Shown piece after piece: positions 28,501-42,772 of a stretch of 64,000 nucleotides of DNA. The first letter of the stretch is position 1; each line of letters starts with the position of its first letter. The stretch lies in the NCBI RefSeq assembly GCF_009914755.1, contig NC_060926.1; one strand, 5' to 3'. Position numbers and translations under genes: made by a program. The DNA is from the human T2T-CHM13v2.0 reference genome, Homo sapiens. The notes below the pieces were generated by a model. The model did no database searches. It had not been told where the DNA came from and saw nothing but the letters and a program-made list of their open reading frames with translations.

Positions 28501-29545
28501 GGGGTTTCCCTGGGTTCCATGAGCACAGGAGCCTTTTCCTCCAGGCTGGCTCCATCCGAGCTGGCTGAGGGTTGGCGGCAGCTGCCCAGCATCTATAGGG
28601 TGCCTCCGGGAACTGTCTCAAGGCCAGAGCATCCAGCCTCCTGGCTGTTAGTGGGCCGTGAGCCTACCGGGACTTCGAGAGACAGGGCTTCCCCAGATCC
28701 AGCCTGATGAGATCATCTGCCATTTCAGGCTGGGCTGAAAGATCCTCCGGCACAACAAAGCTGGGCCCAGGAGATATCCTGCATGACTCATCAGTTGGCC
28801 ATGCATTGGAGACTTCCGGCCCTCAGAGAAACCAGACACAGAGAGCCATTGTTTGCCTTGGAAGCCCCCCGGCATACCAGGCTCAATGGGGTCATTTGTG
28901 TTTTCTCCCTAGTCCTCCATAACCCATACTGTTTCTGGGAGGTGGGGGCCCACTGAGCTGCCTGGGACCCTGTGACAAGAGGAAAACCAATACCAAGTCA
29001 CCTACCCACAAGTCCCACGGGAATACCCTCCCTCCAGGACCAGGGCCTGGCTGGGAAGCAGAAAACCTGGGTTCTGAGCCATGGTTTAAGTCTCCAAGAC
29101 TCACTGATTCTTCTGTCTTCATTTTTCAAATGGAGAAAATCATTCAAAAAAGACAAAGCTATTGTGAGGATGACCTAACGTAAGGCACATAAAGTTCCAG
29201 GCTCAGGCCTTGCACCTACAAAGGTTCTGCATGTGATCTTTCCTTCCCACTTCTCTCTTCCTCCTGCCTTTAAAATGTAAGTGAAAATGTTTTGTTTGTG
29301 GATCTGTTTCTATCCTAATCTACATACCCTTATCTAGGGCAGAAACTCCCTGAACTCATACCCACAGTCTACCCACAATTTGGCCCACACCCAGGGACAC
29401 AGCCCCAAGGGGGCAAGGACTGGAGCAGAGGGCACACAGCCTAGTGGCTAAGCTGGGCAGAGATGCAAGAATAAGCAAGGCAAGGCTGAGGGCCTGCCCC
29501 TGGGTTTCAAACAAGCTGGAGGCCTTTAGAAACTTCCAAGGGGGA

Positions 29546-30170
<625 letters not shown>

Positions 30171-30568
30171 ATATTTAAGTTCAGTGTGCATGGACCATGT
30201 GAACAAGAGTCCCATGCCTGCTGAACTCACACCACGGATATTGGCCCAGACCCAAGGATACCACTGCTGAAGGCACAGCCCCAGGTTAGTGTCCCATGCA
30301 GATGCCAGCTTGTCAGGCATGCACTCCAGGCAACATCCTTCCCAAAGAGCAGGCTGTCTTCCGCAAAAGTTGGAAAACAGGCCCCAGTGCAGGCTCTCAC
30401 ACCCGGCCCAGCTCCAGTCCTCAGTCTCAGAGCATGCCCACTGTTCAGCTGCTGCCTCTGGCCTGATGGGGGCTTTGGATCAGTGTTCTGATCTTGGAGA
30501 AGTCAAGACATCCACTCCCTCTCCAAGCTCCAGCCTGACATTCCGAAGCCTTCCATTTATCTCACTGT

Positions 30569-31490
<922 letters not shown>

Positions 31491-32604
31491 CTGCCTTCCT
31501 GGAGGCGAAGGCTCCCATTCCACTGAAAAGAAAGTGAAGCCCCAGGCAGTGTAGAATAGCCTTGAGAGACACAGCCTCCTGTGCTCAGAGCCTCTGGAAG
31601 CTCAGCACAGCCTTCCAGGGCTCACAGCCTCTAGAAGGAGAGCTGACATGGATGGAGCTGGGGACTGGTCTACCGGAGGTGTGCAGGGAGTGGCTGAGAG
31701 AGATTGGTAGGGGAGAGCTGTCCTAGGGGGAGGGTGGGCCTCTCAGGCAGCACAGATAAGTGAGGGAGGGGTGGGGGTAGCAGGCTCTAAGAGTGCCCTG
31801 CAGATGTCTGGTGTGGGGAGGAAGTCATTGAATTCCTCCATTTCCAGCTGAGAGGTCCCCAGAGACAGGCAGTGCTCCCCCTCATGTCAGCCCATTACAT
31901 CATGGTCCCTTTCTCTGCACCCCCATCCTTGGCATCAGGGGACCCCACCCACCCTCTTTCCACTCGGGTTTCACAGGCATCTAGGAGATCAGCTAAGGGG
32001 CAGCTGGGATGGCACTGTATGTCCCAACTGAGGGACAGTGGGAGGATTGTCATGGGGCAGACGTGACCTCAGCTCGCTGGGCTCAGCTCATCCTGCTCCA
32101 GGGAAGGGCAGTGTCACACAGGAACAAACGCCCACTGTGCTGGGTCTCCTCTTCCCTGAGGGGTTCAGACACAGGCAGGGACCCTTTTGGCAGGGTCAGA
32201 GCCTCCAGTGCCTACAAGCCTGCCTGCTCCAGCCAGGCCAGGAGGAGTCCCAACCCTCTGCCACTTACCAGGCCCTGGGCCTGCCTGCACACCCTCCTCA
32301 CACCCTGGGCCTACCTGCTACTCAGCCTAACCTGAGAGCCCAAGCCCACCCTCCACCCAGAACCAAGACCCTCAGCCACCCCCAGCCTCTGCTCAGGTCC
32401 TGAGCAAGGAGGGGCGATGGAGCAGGCATGTGCCATGCACTGTGGTCCCTCACTTCTGAACAATCCCTCTGAGCTGTCCTGAGCTGAGTTTCTCAGGCCC
32501 CCAGCCTGGGCACAGGTTGTCCCATTGCACTTCACCTTCCGATGCCATCCACAGAAACCAGCTTTGGCTAACTCACATAGAAAAGGATTGTAATGAAAGG
32601 ATAT

Positions 32605-32768
32605 GGGGCAGCTTACTGGGTTATCAGGAAGGCTGGAGAGCCAGGCAGGAACCAGGGAGGGGCGCAGTTGGTTCTCACTATGGGGGCAGCTTACTGGGTT
32701 ATCAGGAAGGCTGGAGAGCCAGGCAGGAACCAGGGAGGGGCGCAGTTGGTTCTCACTATGGGGGCAGC
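32605..32768 (+). repeat. Perfect 78-bp tandem duplication (2 copies + 8 bp)
   Basis: 32605-32682 is identical to 32683-32760, followed by GGGGCAGC again. Confidence 0.96.
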
Positions 32769-34719
32769 ACACCTGGACCTGTCACCCCTGGAGGGACGCT
32801 GCTGGATTCTTGAGTTCTTGTAGCCCCACCAATTCTCAGCACCTCTCCCTGAAGCCTGGCACCGCTCCTTCCAGCTTCAAAGTCCAGAGAGAAGGGGCCA
32901 GCGGGTCAAGCCCATGTCTTATCACTGTGGCAAAGGAGTGGGGAGGAGGCACCAGCCCACATCATCTCTCATGGTGGGAGGACCTGGGCTCTCCTCCGTC
33001 CCTGTGAGTCCCCCAGTAGAGGAAGGGTATTCAGATGTTGGGCCTCAGTGTGGCCCCCAAGCCCTCAGAGGAGCCTCTCATCATGACACCTGGGGCTCGG
33101 TCCTGCCAGTGCTCAGTGGACCGTGCTGTCAGGGTCATGGTCTCCCTGACTGGTCTGAGATCACCTGGAAGGAAGGTCACTCCTGGGACCTGGCCAGCAT
33201 AGCACCTGCACAATGTCAAATATATGGAGATGGCATTTCCTATCTGTGTCCCATGGCTCCGGGTTTCTGAATGTCACCATATTTGGTGCCAGGCTCACAG
33301 ACTCGGGCATAATTAGTGTTTTGACCCTCCAGCAACAGGGCCACCCTCAGAACCATTAGATGTGGGATTTCTTCTGCGATTGTAAGAGATTGCTTATTAA
33401 ATTGTTCTGTGGCACTGAGCGAGGACACAGGGCTGTGTCCCCAGAGACTCCCTGTAGGCTGGGCCAGGTGGGGTATAGATAACATGGAGTTGCACCCTTC
33501 CTGGTGCTGCTTCTAGAAAGCAGCCAGTTTCCCAGAGGCTGTGCTGGGGAGGCCAGTAGGCCATGGCCCAGCCATGCTGGCAGAAGAGAGATGTTCTAAT
33601 CACCCTATATCTAGAGGCATCTCTTCCTCCCACTGCTCAGGGAATGGGCTGGGGAAGGACTGGGGTGTGCCGGTCCCTGCCACAGTTCTGCTCCAGCCTC
33701 CTGCCCTTGCTGACTCAGCCTGCCTGCTCCAGCTCTCTGAGCACTGAACCTGCACATGGAATGGGGGCCATTGTGCACCACTTCTGCCCCTGCACCACCA
33801 TCCCCCGCCAACTGCATAAGGCTCTTCGGGTCAGCAGGGGAGGAGCAGAACCAAGAGGTGGCAATGGCAAGAGGTGGTTTCTGCTGGAGCCAGTCCAGAC
33901 CCCTGACTCTCCTTGAAAGATGCAGAAGCTGATCCAGGGCTTCTTGGTTTGGTCCGCTAACTGCTCACCTTAGGAATTTGCCCCCCAAGTGACATGGATC
34001 CGATTGCACATTCCTGAAGCCTGAGTCATTCCTGGGTCCTGCTCAGGCTCAGGAATGTGTTTATGCTCATGGGGCTGGAGGGACATGCACACCACATGTC
34101 TGTTCACTTTGGGTTTGGAAGGGATGAGGGCTCTTCTCAAGGATAAGAGGGATGAGGTGGTGACCTCTGGAGTCGCTAAGATGCTGCAGTGTGTGGGCCA
34201 CAGAGGAGCAAATGAAGGGAGGGCCAGACTCGGGCTGGAACCAAAGCCTTTGGCTTGTGTAGAGTTGGTTTTAACTTGCTCCCAAGGGACAGAAAATGGA
34301 GAGGGACAATCTAAGCAGGGCCTCCCCTGCAGTGACCTTGGGAAAGGTACTTGCTCCCTCATCACCTCCTCCCACCAAGGACAACCTCCAAAAGGGCACA
34401 GCGTGGCGAGGCTGTGGCTGCCACCTCAGAGCCGTGGCTGAGGAGCTCAGCCCCTCCTCCCACTCTGTCCAGAGCTCTCTGTTGACAAGTCGATGGTTCT
34501 CCTCTAGGTCCAATGTGGGCCTCTGCAGCTGTGGAGAGAGCTCACAAGCACGGCTCACATCACTGAGGGTTTATTCAGAGCTCAGCGCTAGGCTGAGCCC
34601 TTTACATAGTGTGGCCATATGCCCCCATTTGCCTGGGACAATCCTGGGTTACTAATACAATGATCAACAGTGCCTCCTTTTACTCTCGAGTGTCCCGGTC
34701 TGGAAGATAACTATATATT

Positions 34720-34915
34720 TGCCTTAACTCTACAAGCATAATTGAATCCCTACAATGCACTACAAGAAGAGCACTGCTAATAGTGTCATTTTCTGATGAA
34801 GAAACAGGCTCAGAGAAGATAAGTAACTTGCCCAAGGTCACACGATTAGCAAGTGGCAGACCCAGAAACATAGGAATTCAGCTCTTGACTTCAAAGCCTC
34901 TTTGCTTTGCCACAA
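34720..34915 (-). mobile_element. MIR
   Basis: GATGAAGAAACAGGCTCAGAGAAGATAAGTAACTTGCCCAAGGTCACAC core. Confidence 0.8.
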
Positions 34916-35899
34916 CATCAGATTTCCTGTTCTAAAATCCATTGCTTCATGCTTTGAAGGACCGAGAAGCTGCTATCTCCAAATACTAGAAAAATAACCA
35001 TTAACGTCCTGCAGTGATCCCAGCTCTTCTTCCAGCCCCACGCTTGGCCATTTTGCCTTGTTCGTTTCCCAAGTGACAGCGTGCACAATACCGTTCGCTT
35101 GCAACAGCAGCCCCGTCATGGGATGAATACATACCATCATGCCTACTGTGTGTCAGGCACGGCACCTACTGTGTGCCAGGCACAGCACATGTTGTCTGAT
35201 CCTGACACAACCCTGCATGGTGGGTGTTGCTCCTCCTTTCATGGAAAGGAGACCCCTAGAAGTCACACAGCTGGGAGGAGGCAGGGCTGGGGCTAGAACT
35301 CGCAGATTCCGGCTTTGAGCCTAGCAAACACTCTGCAGTGCCATACACCGTGGCTGCACTGCCGAGGCCCAGCTACAGGCTCCGAGGTTCCAGTGTCCTC
35401 ATGGCGAGATGTAAGTGGCTAAACCCATGTGTGTGGACTCACAGGCCCTCAAGGCACCTCCTCCTCCCAGGAGCCGGGACCGTCCTGCCCTTTGAGGGGG
35501 TCTGATGCCCGTTCTCAAAACGTCTTCACAATGCACACACATCACATTAAAGAGGCTTTTGGACAATGTTTTTATTTTTTTGGCGGGAAAGATCAGACAT
35601 CTTTCACAACAGAGCACAGCCACCTTGAAGCTGGGGAAGGGGCTGTTTCTGAAGCTCAGGGCTTCCCCGTCCAGTTTCTCCACCCAGAGATCATCTCAGT
35701 GTGACAGCCTCTTCCCACCCCAATACACCGTCCTCTGGGGAGGAAGAAATAAAAGCAAGCGCATTCCAGATGTTCCCGGGAAAATGGTATTTGGGAAAAG
35801 GATGTTTGTTTAGAATTTACCAAAAATAGAGAGCCCCAAAGGAGGAAAAGGCAAGCTCTTGACCCATTTAAAAAGCCATTTCCCAGGAAGGACTTTCTA

Positions 35900-36620
35900 A
35901 CAAACAATGTCACAAAAAGAAAAGCTAATAGCTTTGACAATATAATAATATAAAGCTTTGGTACATTCAAAGCCTCCAAAAGCAAAAATTAAGCAACACA
36001 TATATGCAACAGATATCAAAATGACAACATACAGAGAGCTCATCAAATGATTTTTAAATAAATCCATCAAAACCTTGTTAGGAAAACAGGCAAAGAAAAC
36101 AGATAATCAACCAAGAAAGTTTTAAACGGCTTAATAAGTATGAACATTTGCGTTTCGTTAATAATCGTATCAATTATAATTTTGAAATACCATTATTTCT
36201 CTTTCAGATCATGAGACTGGCTTTATTGGTGTTACCATAAGCTGGTGTAGACCGTAACACCAGCCCTCTCAAACCTGGGCTGAGGGTGGCATATCAGTCA
36301 GGGGCAACTCTTTTGGAAACATTTTGGCAACACATATCAAGGATATTTAACTACAAAATGTAAATGTCTTGAAATTTTCTCTGAGGAAATATTGAGAAAT
36401 TCAGACCAAAAAACTGTGTACAAAGATGATTGATAAAGGGGGTATTGAATAGTAAAACATGGAAGCCAAGATGTTCTACAATAGGTGAATAAATACATTA
36501 TGATATGTCTGTACGATCATAGGACACAGTCATTTAAAGTGGTCTTTTTGAAGAATGTTTATGCAAAGGAAAAGAAACGAAAGTGAAAAAAGTAGGCTGC
36601 AAAGCGTACGAGCCCACTCT
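35900..36620 (+). mobile_element. Ancient L1 (L1ME-like) fragments
   Basis: A-rich L1 3'-region-like phrases (TTTGGAAACATTTTGGCAAC, TGTGTACAAAGATG); approximate bounds. Confidence 0.55.
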
Positions 36621-36942
36621 TAGGAAGCATGTATAGAGGAATGAATGACATAGCTACATAGAAACATGATGGCCATCAACCACGCCCATCTGTGGCAGGG
36701 AGAGCAAGACCCTGACCCCATCCCCTGCTCTCCTGAGGATGGTAGGGATGCCACAAGCCCATTTAGTGTTTCAGAGGGTAGAGGTGAGGCTGGGAACCTG
36801 GGAAGAGCCTGGCGAAAGGTTGACGGGGAGAGGGCAAGAGAGCAGGATGTTTGTGTTCACCAATGACAGTGGCCATGGTCCCATGGTAGGTCAGTGGCCC
36901 AGAAAGTATCAGAGACCATGGATTAAGAATCAGACCACTGTG

Positions 36943-37088
36943 CACTCGGGAGGCCGAGGCAGGAGAAGGGCGTGAACCTGGGAGGCGGAGCTTGCAGTGA
37001 GCTGAGATCGCACTACTGCACTCCAGCCTGGGCGACAGAGCGAGACTCTGTCTCAAAAAAATAAAAAATAAAAAAATAAATAAGTAAA
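36943..37088 (+). mobile_element. Heavily 5'-truncated AluY (right arm only)
   Basis: AluY right-arm sequence and A-rich tail; perfect 18-bp TSD AAGAATCAGACCACTGTG (36925-36942 / 37089-37106). Confidence 0.93.
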
Positions 37089-37584
37089 AAGAATCAGACC
37101 ACTGTGACAGGCACAGTCCAAGTGGCCAGGAGCTGTGGGGAGCCTGACCACTGAGCCCAGTGCCTTGGCAGAGGGGATGTCATGCATGGGCAGCTCTGTT
37201 CTGGGAAAGAAATCTTCTCCCTGTCTCAACGTCCGGGCCTCTTCCACCAACCATCTGGCTGTTCCACAATCTCCTCCACCCAGGACATGGACACTTATCC
37301 CCACCCCAGGACATGGGACACCTTGGGGTGGGGATAGGAGGCACTCTCATCCAGTCCTCGGAGACCAGCCTGTGAATACTAGGGCACCCCAAGCTGGTCA
37401 CCAAGGGAAGTGGACTTGTCTCTCCAAGATGTTAAAAAAAAAAAAAAGACCAAAATATAGTTTACAACAGGTGACAGGATTAAAAGTGATGTTAATTGTC
37501 TATGCTTTTCTATATTTTCATAATTGTCTATATCAAGCATGTATTACTTCTATAATTGGAACAAACAATAAAGGCTACTTTTGA

Positions 37585-37935
<351 letters not shown>

Positions 37936-40879
37936 TTCCAAGCCGATTTTTCTGCTGGCGGCTCACAAGGCCCCAGGGTTTCAGCTCCCTCCTGGGAGCA
38001 CACATCAGCCCATGTGGGAGCTTGCAGCCCCTCTGCCCTCCTCTCTGGCCTGTCAGTACCATCTCAAAAAGCAAGCTCCCTAAAAGCCATGTGAGGCGAA
38101 GGCACAGGACATCTCTACTCAGAAGGCTTGCCTGAGGTCCCTCTAACCTCACAGAGGCCTGTCCCCAAGGTCCCAGGCTGAGGCAGGCTCAGCCTTCTGA
38201 GAGCCTGATTTCCCCGGGGGAGGGCTGCCAGGTGGAGGAAGCCCAGGGCATTCGTGCTTGTCTCATGATCTCCAGTGGGGACCAGATGCTGACCACTGAG
38301 TCGGCAGGGCTGGGCCCAAAGTCACCACTAACCCAGCACTGATCTCTCCATTTCTTCCATCTGGGCATCAAACTGTCTCTCCTTTCTGCTCCCTATTCAG
38401 CCTTAGCCTTGCCCTGGGGGCCACAGAATGGACCACTAGCCCTGCTTTGCATGGATGGGTGCATAGATTGGTCAGCAATGAGTGCATCCCCAGTCTGAGC
38501 CTTCACTTCTCAGGATAGCCCATCCCAGGTTCAGCCACTCCTTGTGGTCACTGCCAGGGCCTTCACCGTCCAACACATCCTCATCTGAGCACCCTGCAGC
38601 GTGCCAATGTCTCTCTGAAACTGTGCTGTTGGGGGGCTCTGACATGGGCGAGACCTCCAACCTCCCTCACTCTTGACACTAAACCCCTGTGGAACATGAC
38701 CTAAAGGCCGAGCTTTCCTGGGGCTCTTCACATGTTCCCTGTCACTGAGCTCTGCTCCCCTGCATGCTAGGTGGGCACTGCTAGAGGCTGCCGATGAAGA
38801 GATCAGACCTGGCATTGGTTGACTCTGAAAAATCGACTGAGGGACAACACCCCCATAAGCGGCAGCTGGTCAGTGAGGCTGGACAGCTTCCAAGGGCCAG
38901 GAAGTTAGCTTGTTAGCTCTAAGGTGTTTTGCAGATCTGAAAACACCAAGTTCTAGGGTGATAAGCACCCCCAACCCTGAGATTCAGAGGATAGAGAATT
39001 CTAAGTGGCTCAAATCCTAAGGCAGTGAGGCATGGACCAGACCACACCCTTCCTGAACAGGGCTGCTTCCAGAACTGGAGGACTTGCAGCTATAGGACCC
39101 AGACTCCTCACAGCTGGTGGAGGGAGACTCCTCACAGCTGGGGGCGGGATTGTGGGGGAATTGGGGTGGGGGCAGTTGAGGGTTTCCTGCCTCACATGAA
39201 GAGAGAGATGACTGAGACTCCTGGGGGTCCTGGAGCCTCCAGTAGTTCCCCCTGGACCAATGGGTCCCAGCAGCTCTCAGTTCATTGCTGTGTCCAGGAG
39301 TCTGGTGAAGAGTTAATGCTCAATTAATGTCTGGAGAGTGAATGAATAAAGGAAGGAGGCTAGCACATCAGAGACCACCCGGTCTCAGCAGCTCTCAGGC
39401 TGCCCGTGCTGGAGTCACCCCGCCCTCCAGGCAAGCAGATGGGGCTGCTGAGGTGGAAGCTGGGGGCATTTGGCCCTGGTTTTCCTGTCTGAGTGGTTTG
39501 CACCCCCGGGCTCTGTGTGTGTTTTTTGGTGCAGCCACGGCTCCAGACTTGAGCCGAATTCTCATTCCCCATATCTTCCTCACTTCTGAGTCAGCTGTGA
39601 GCTCCACCTCTACCCAGCCTTCCAGGGTCTCAGGAGAGACCAGTGGTGTCTGTGGGGCATCCTCTGTTTGTTCTTTACTGAGGCTGGAGTCACCTTCTAT
39701 CACAGACTATCACAGCCTCTCAGGGCTGTCCTTCTCTGTAGAAGGATGATGGGACCCGATGCCTCTGGGCCCTGCCTCACCCCCTCATCCCGGAGCAGCC
39801 CCACAGCCTCGCTCCCCTTGGCGATCTCTGGTTCCAGCTGTTGCTCTGTCAACCTCATTAGGTCACGTCCCCGTACTCCACCTCTTCCTCATGGCATGGC
39901 CTGGCCCATCTGACAGGTCCTCTCATAGGCAGAGCTGGACGTGTGGGCTGGGCCAGGCTGGGCAACTGGGCCTCTATGAATTTCCACAGATCCAGAGTCA
40001 ACCCAGTGTGGATCCAGTGAGAACTTATCAAACACCTGGGCACCTGAGCTAGGCTAGACATCCAAGGACGCTGACTTTGGCAATCCTTGTTGGGACCCTG
40101 GAAAGGGCAATTTATTGTCTCCACTTGGCATTAGAGGAAACTGATGCTCAAAGAGATGGACCTCCTGGACCAAGGACAAAGAGCACAATCTGGACTCTAC
40201 ACAGACTTGTTTAGGTGCAAAGATTCCTATTCAATAAAGGGAAGGGAATCCAGGAAACTGCATCTCCCTACCTCCCTGCCCAATATTTGTCCATCAGGCT
40301 GCCCAGGTCCCCATGCTGTGGCAGGAGCGCCGATGATGAGTGCTGCAGAGACCATGGGAGGAATGCCAGCCTCAGGCCAGGATAGCAGGGCAGGCTGGTT
40401 ACGTTGGGAGGCCTGGAGCCAGCCAGCCAGGCCCTGATAGCTTACAGCTGCTCCAAATGCAGGAGGCGGAATCAGAGCCTGCCCCAGCCACTGGAGAGGG
40501 ACGCCTCCATCTGTGCTTGTGTTCTTGGGTGCTGCCAGCCCCTTCCTCCACGGGAGCTGCCAAGGAAAGAGCCCTTTTGTCATCTTCCCAGGCAAGAACA
40601 GCCATCCCGTGGCACTCACTCCCTGCACACTCCAAGGCCTCGCTTCTGCTTCATGGAAACAGGATTGAGTCTTACTTGAAGCTGTGCACCACCAGACCAC
40701 AAAAAGCCTCAAACATAGGTGTGGCCACCAGCCCCAGAGAGCCACAAGCACTCGGATTCTGGGAGCCCCAAGACTTGGAAGTTTCCCGTGGCACCAAGGC
40801 CAGGTGTTTATTGTCAAAGTTCTGGCCAGCCATGCACATTGCTGACAGTTTCTGTCCCTTTGGAGTTCTGGTCGACCAT

Positions 40880-41172
40880 TGTGTTTGTTTGTTTTTTTGA
40901 GGAAGGGTCTTGCTCTGCCACCCAGGCTGGAGTACAGTGGCGCGATCTTGGCTCATTGCAACCTCTGCCTCCTGTGTTCAAGTGATTCTCATGCCTCAGC
41001 CTCCAAAAAATGCAGACATGCGCCACCATGCCCAGCTAATTTTTGTATTTTTAGTAGAGACGTGGTTTCATCATGTTGGCCAGGCTGGACTTGAATTCCT
41101 GGCCTCAAGCAATCTGCCCACCTCTGCCTCCCAAAGTGCTGGGATTACAGGCCCGAGCCACCGCACCTGGCC
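40880..41172 (-). mobile_element. Alu (AluS/J-like) with a small internal deletion
   Basis: T-rich tail and reverse Alu body. Confidence 0.92.
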
Positions 41173-41477
41173 CTGTGTGATCTTTCTGAGAGTTTCTGAG
41201 CAGCGAACACCCCAGGTGGTTGCATGGGGGAGGCTGTAAAATCTGACAGCAGCTAGTGGGTCCTAGGGGGACGGTTCAACATCACGTCCCATGGATGGTC
41301 CAAGGACAGAACAGCCCCAGCATCGAGGCCAGAAAGCTGGCCCTGGAGGAAGTTGGTTCCTATCCTGTGCTTCTAGGCTGGGGTGAAGGTTTCCAGGAGG
41401 ACACCTCCCTTGGTCACACTATTCTCCTGAGCCCCTCTCTCACATACGTGCCCTGCTCTGCAACCCCCAGAGGGCTG

Positions 41478-41574
41478 CAAAAATTAGCTGGGTATGGTGA
41501 TGCATGTCTGTAATCCCAGCTTTTTGGGAGGCTGAGGCACTAGAATTGCTTGAACGCGGGAGGCAGAGGTTGCA
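41478..41574 (+). mobile_element. Internal Alu fragment, no tail
   Basis: CAAAAATTAGCTGGG...GAGGCAGAGGTTGCA only; no poly(A) and no Alu termini. Confidence 0.88.
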
Positions 41575-41856
41575 TCACAAAATCCGCCACAACCCCTGGA
41601 TTTCCTCAAGGGATTCCCTGTCTGGCCATCCACCTCCCCCGCCCCGCCCCGCCCATTCCTACTTCCCCTTTCGGGCCTGTCCCTCTCTTCTGACCTCCCC
41701 CATCCATCACAGTTCTAGCCATCACTCACCTGCATCACCGTAGTGACTCCCCGACAGCTCTGTCCCTGCCCGGCTCAGACTCTCCTATGCAGCTAGGAGT
41801 AAGCCCAGGAGAGCATGTCCCTCCTCCGCTCAAGAGCTTCCAAGGGCTTCCCATCA

Positions 41857-42270
41857 GGATCAGTTTCCCAGGGCAGTCATAGCAAATGACCACAAACTGG
41901 ATGGCTTGAAAAGTCTCCTCTCACAGCCCTGGAGGCCAGAAGTCTGAAGTTGAGGCGTCAGCAGGACCCTGCGCCCTCAGAGGGTCCTTCTTTGCCTCTT
42001 CCAGTTCCTGGCGTTCCCCTGCTGGTGGCAGCACCACGCCCATCCCTGCCTCAGCCTTCACGTGGCCTTCTCTTCTCCACTGTGTGTCTCTTACAGAAAC
42101 ACCTGTGATTGGATTTAAGGCCCACCTGGATAACACAGGATGATCTCATCTTGAGATCCTTAATTTAATTTCATCCACAGATTCCTTTTCCAAATAAAGT
42201 CGTATTCACACGTTCCAGGGGTTAGGATGCGAACATGGCTTTTTTGGGGGCAAGAATTCAACCCACGATA
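41857..42270 (-). mobile_element. MLT1 (B/C-like) LTR
   Basis: GCAAATGACCACAAACTGG...CTGGAGGCCAGAAGTCTGAA...GGATTTAAGGCCCACC...TTCCAAATAAAGTC. Confidence 0.82.
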
Positions 42271-42289
42271 TCACCTCCTTAAGGAAAAT

Positions 42290-42772
42290 CCCAAGTCATT
42301 ACTCTGTGCTTCAAGGCCCTTCAGGATCTGGCCTTATCCATGACCTCCAACCTCCCGCTGTCTACCCCACCACCCCTGACCTCCAGCCCTGTCCCCCCAC
42401 TGTCCCCCCAGCACACCATGTTCCTGCTTCAGGGCCTTGGCAGATGCTGGCCTTTCCCCCAGGGTCCACACGCTTCCTCCATCAGCATCGTCAGGTTTAG
42501 TCAATTGTTTGGTATGGCCAGGCCCTCCCTGGCCACATTGTCTAAACTTGCAACCTTCCCGGAACACTCCCTCTTCCTCACCTGCCTTCTCTCTTCCTTA
42601 CCACTCATCACCATCACACGTGCCCGCCTTCTCCTCATTTATGTTGTTCATTGTCTCCCCTCCCCTAGGCCACAGGCTTGTTTTGTCAGTTTTGTTCACT
42701 GCTGTGTCCCAGCGGCTAGAACAACGCTTGACACTAGTTGACCTTGGCTGAATGAATGAGTGAATGAATGAG
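42290..42772 (+). mobile_element. L2 3' end
   Basis: TTTTGTTCACTGCTGTGTCCCAGCGGCTAGAACA followed by a (TGAA)n tail. Confidence 0.75.
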
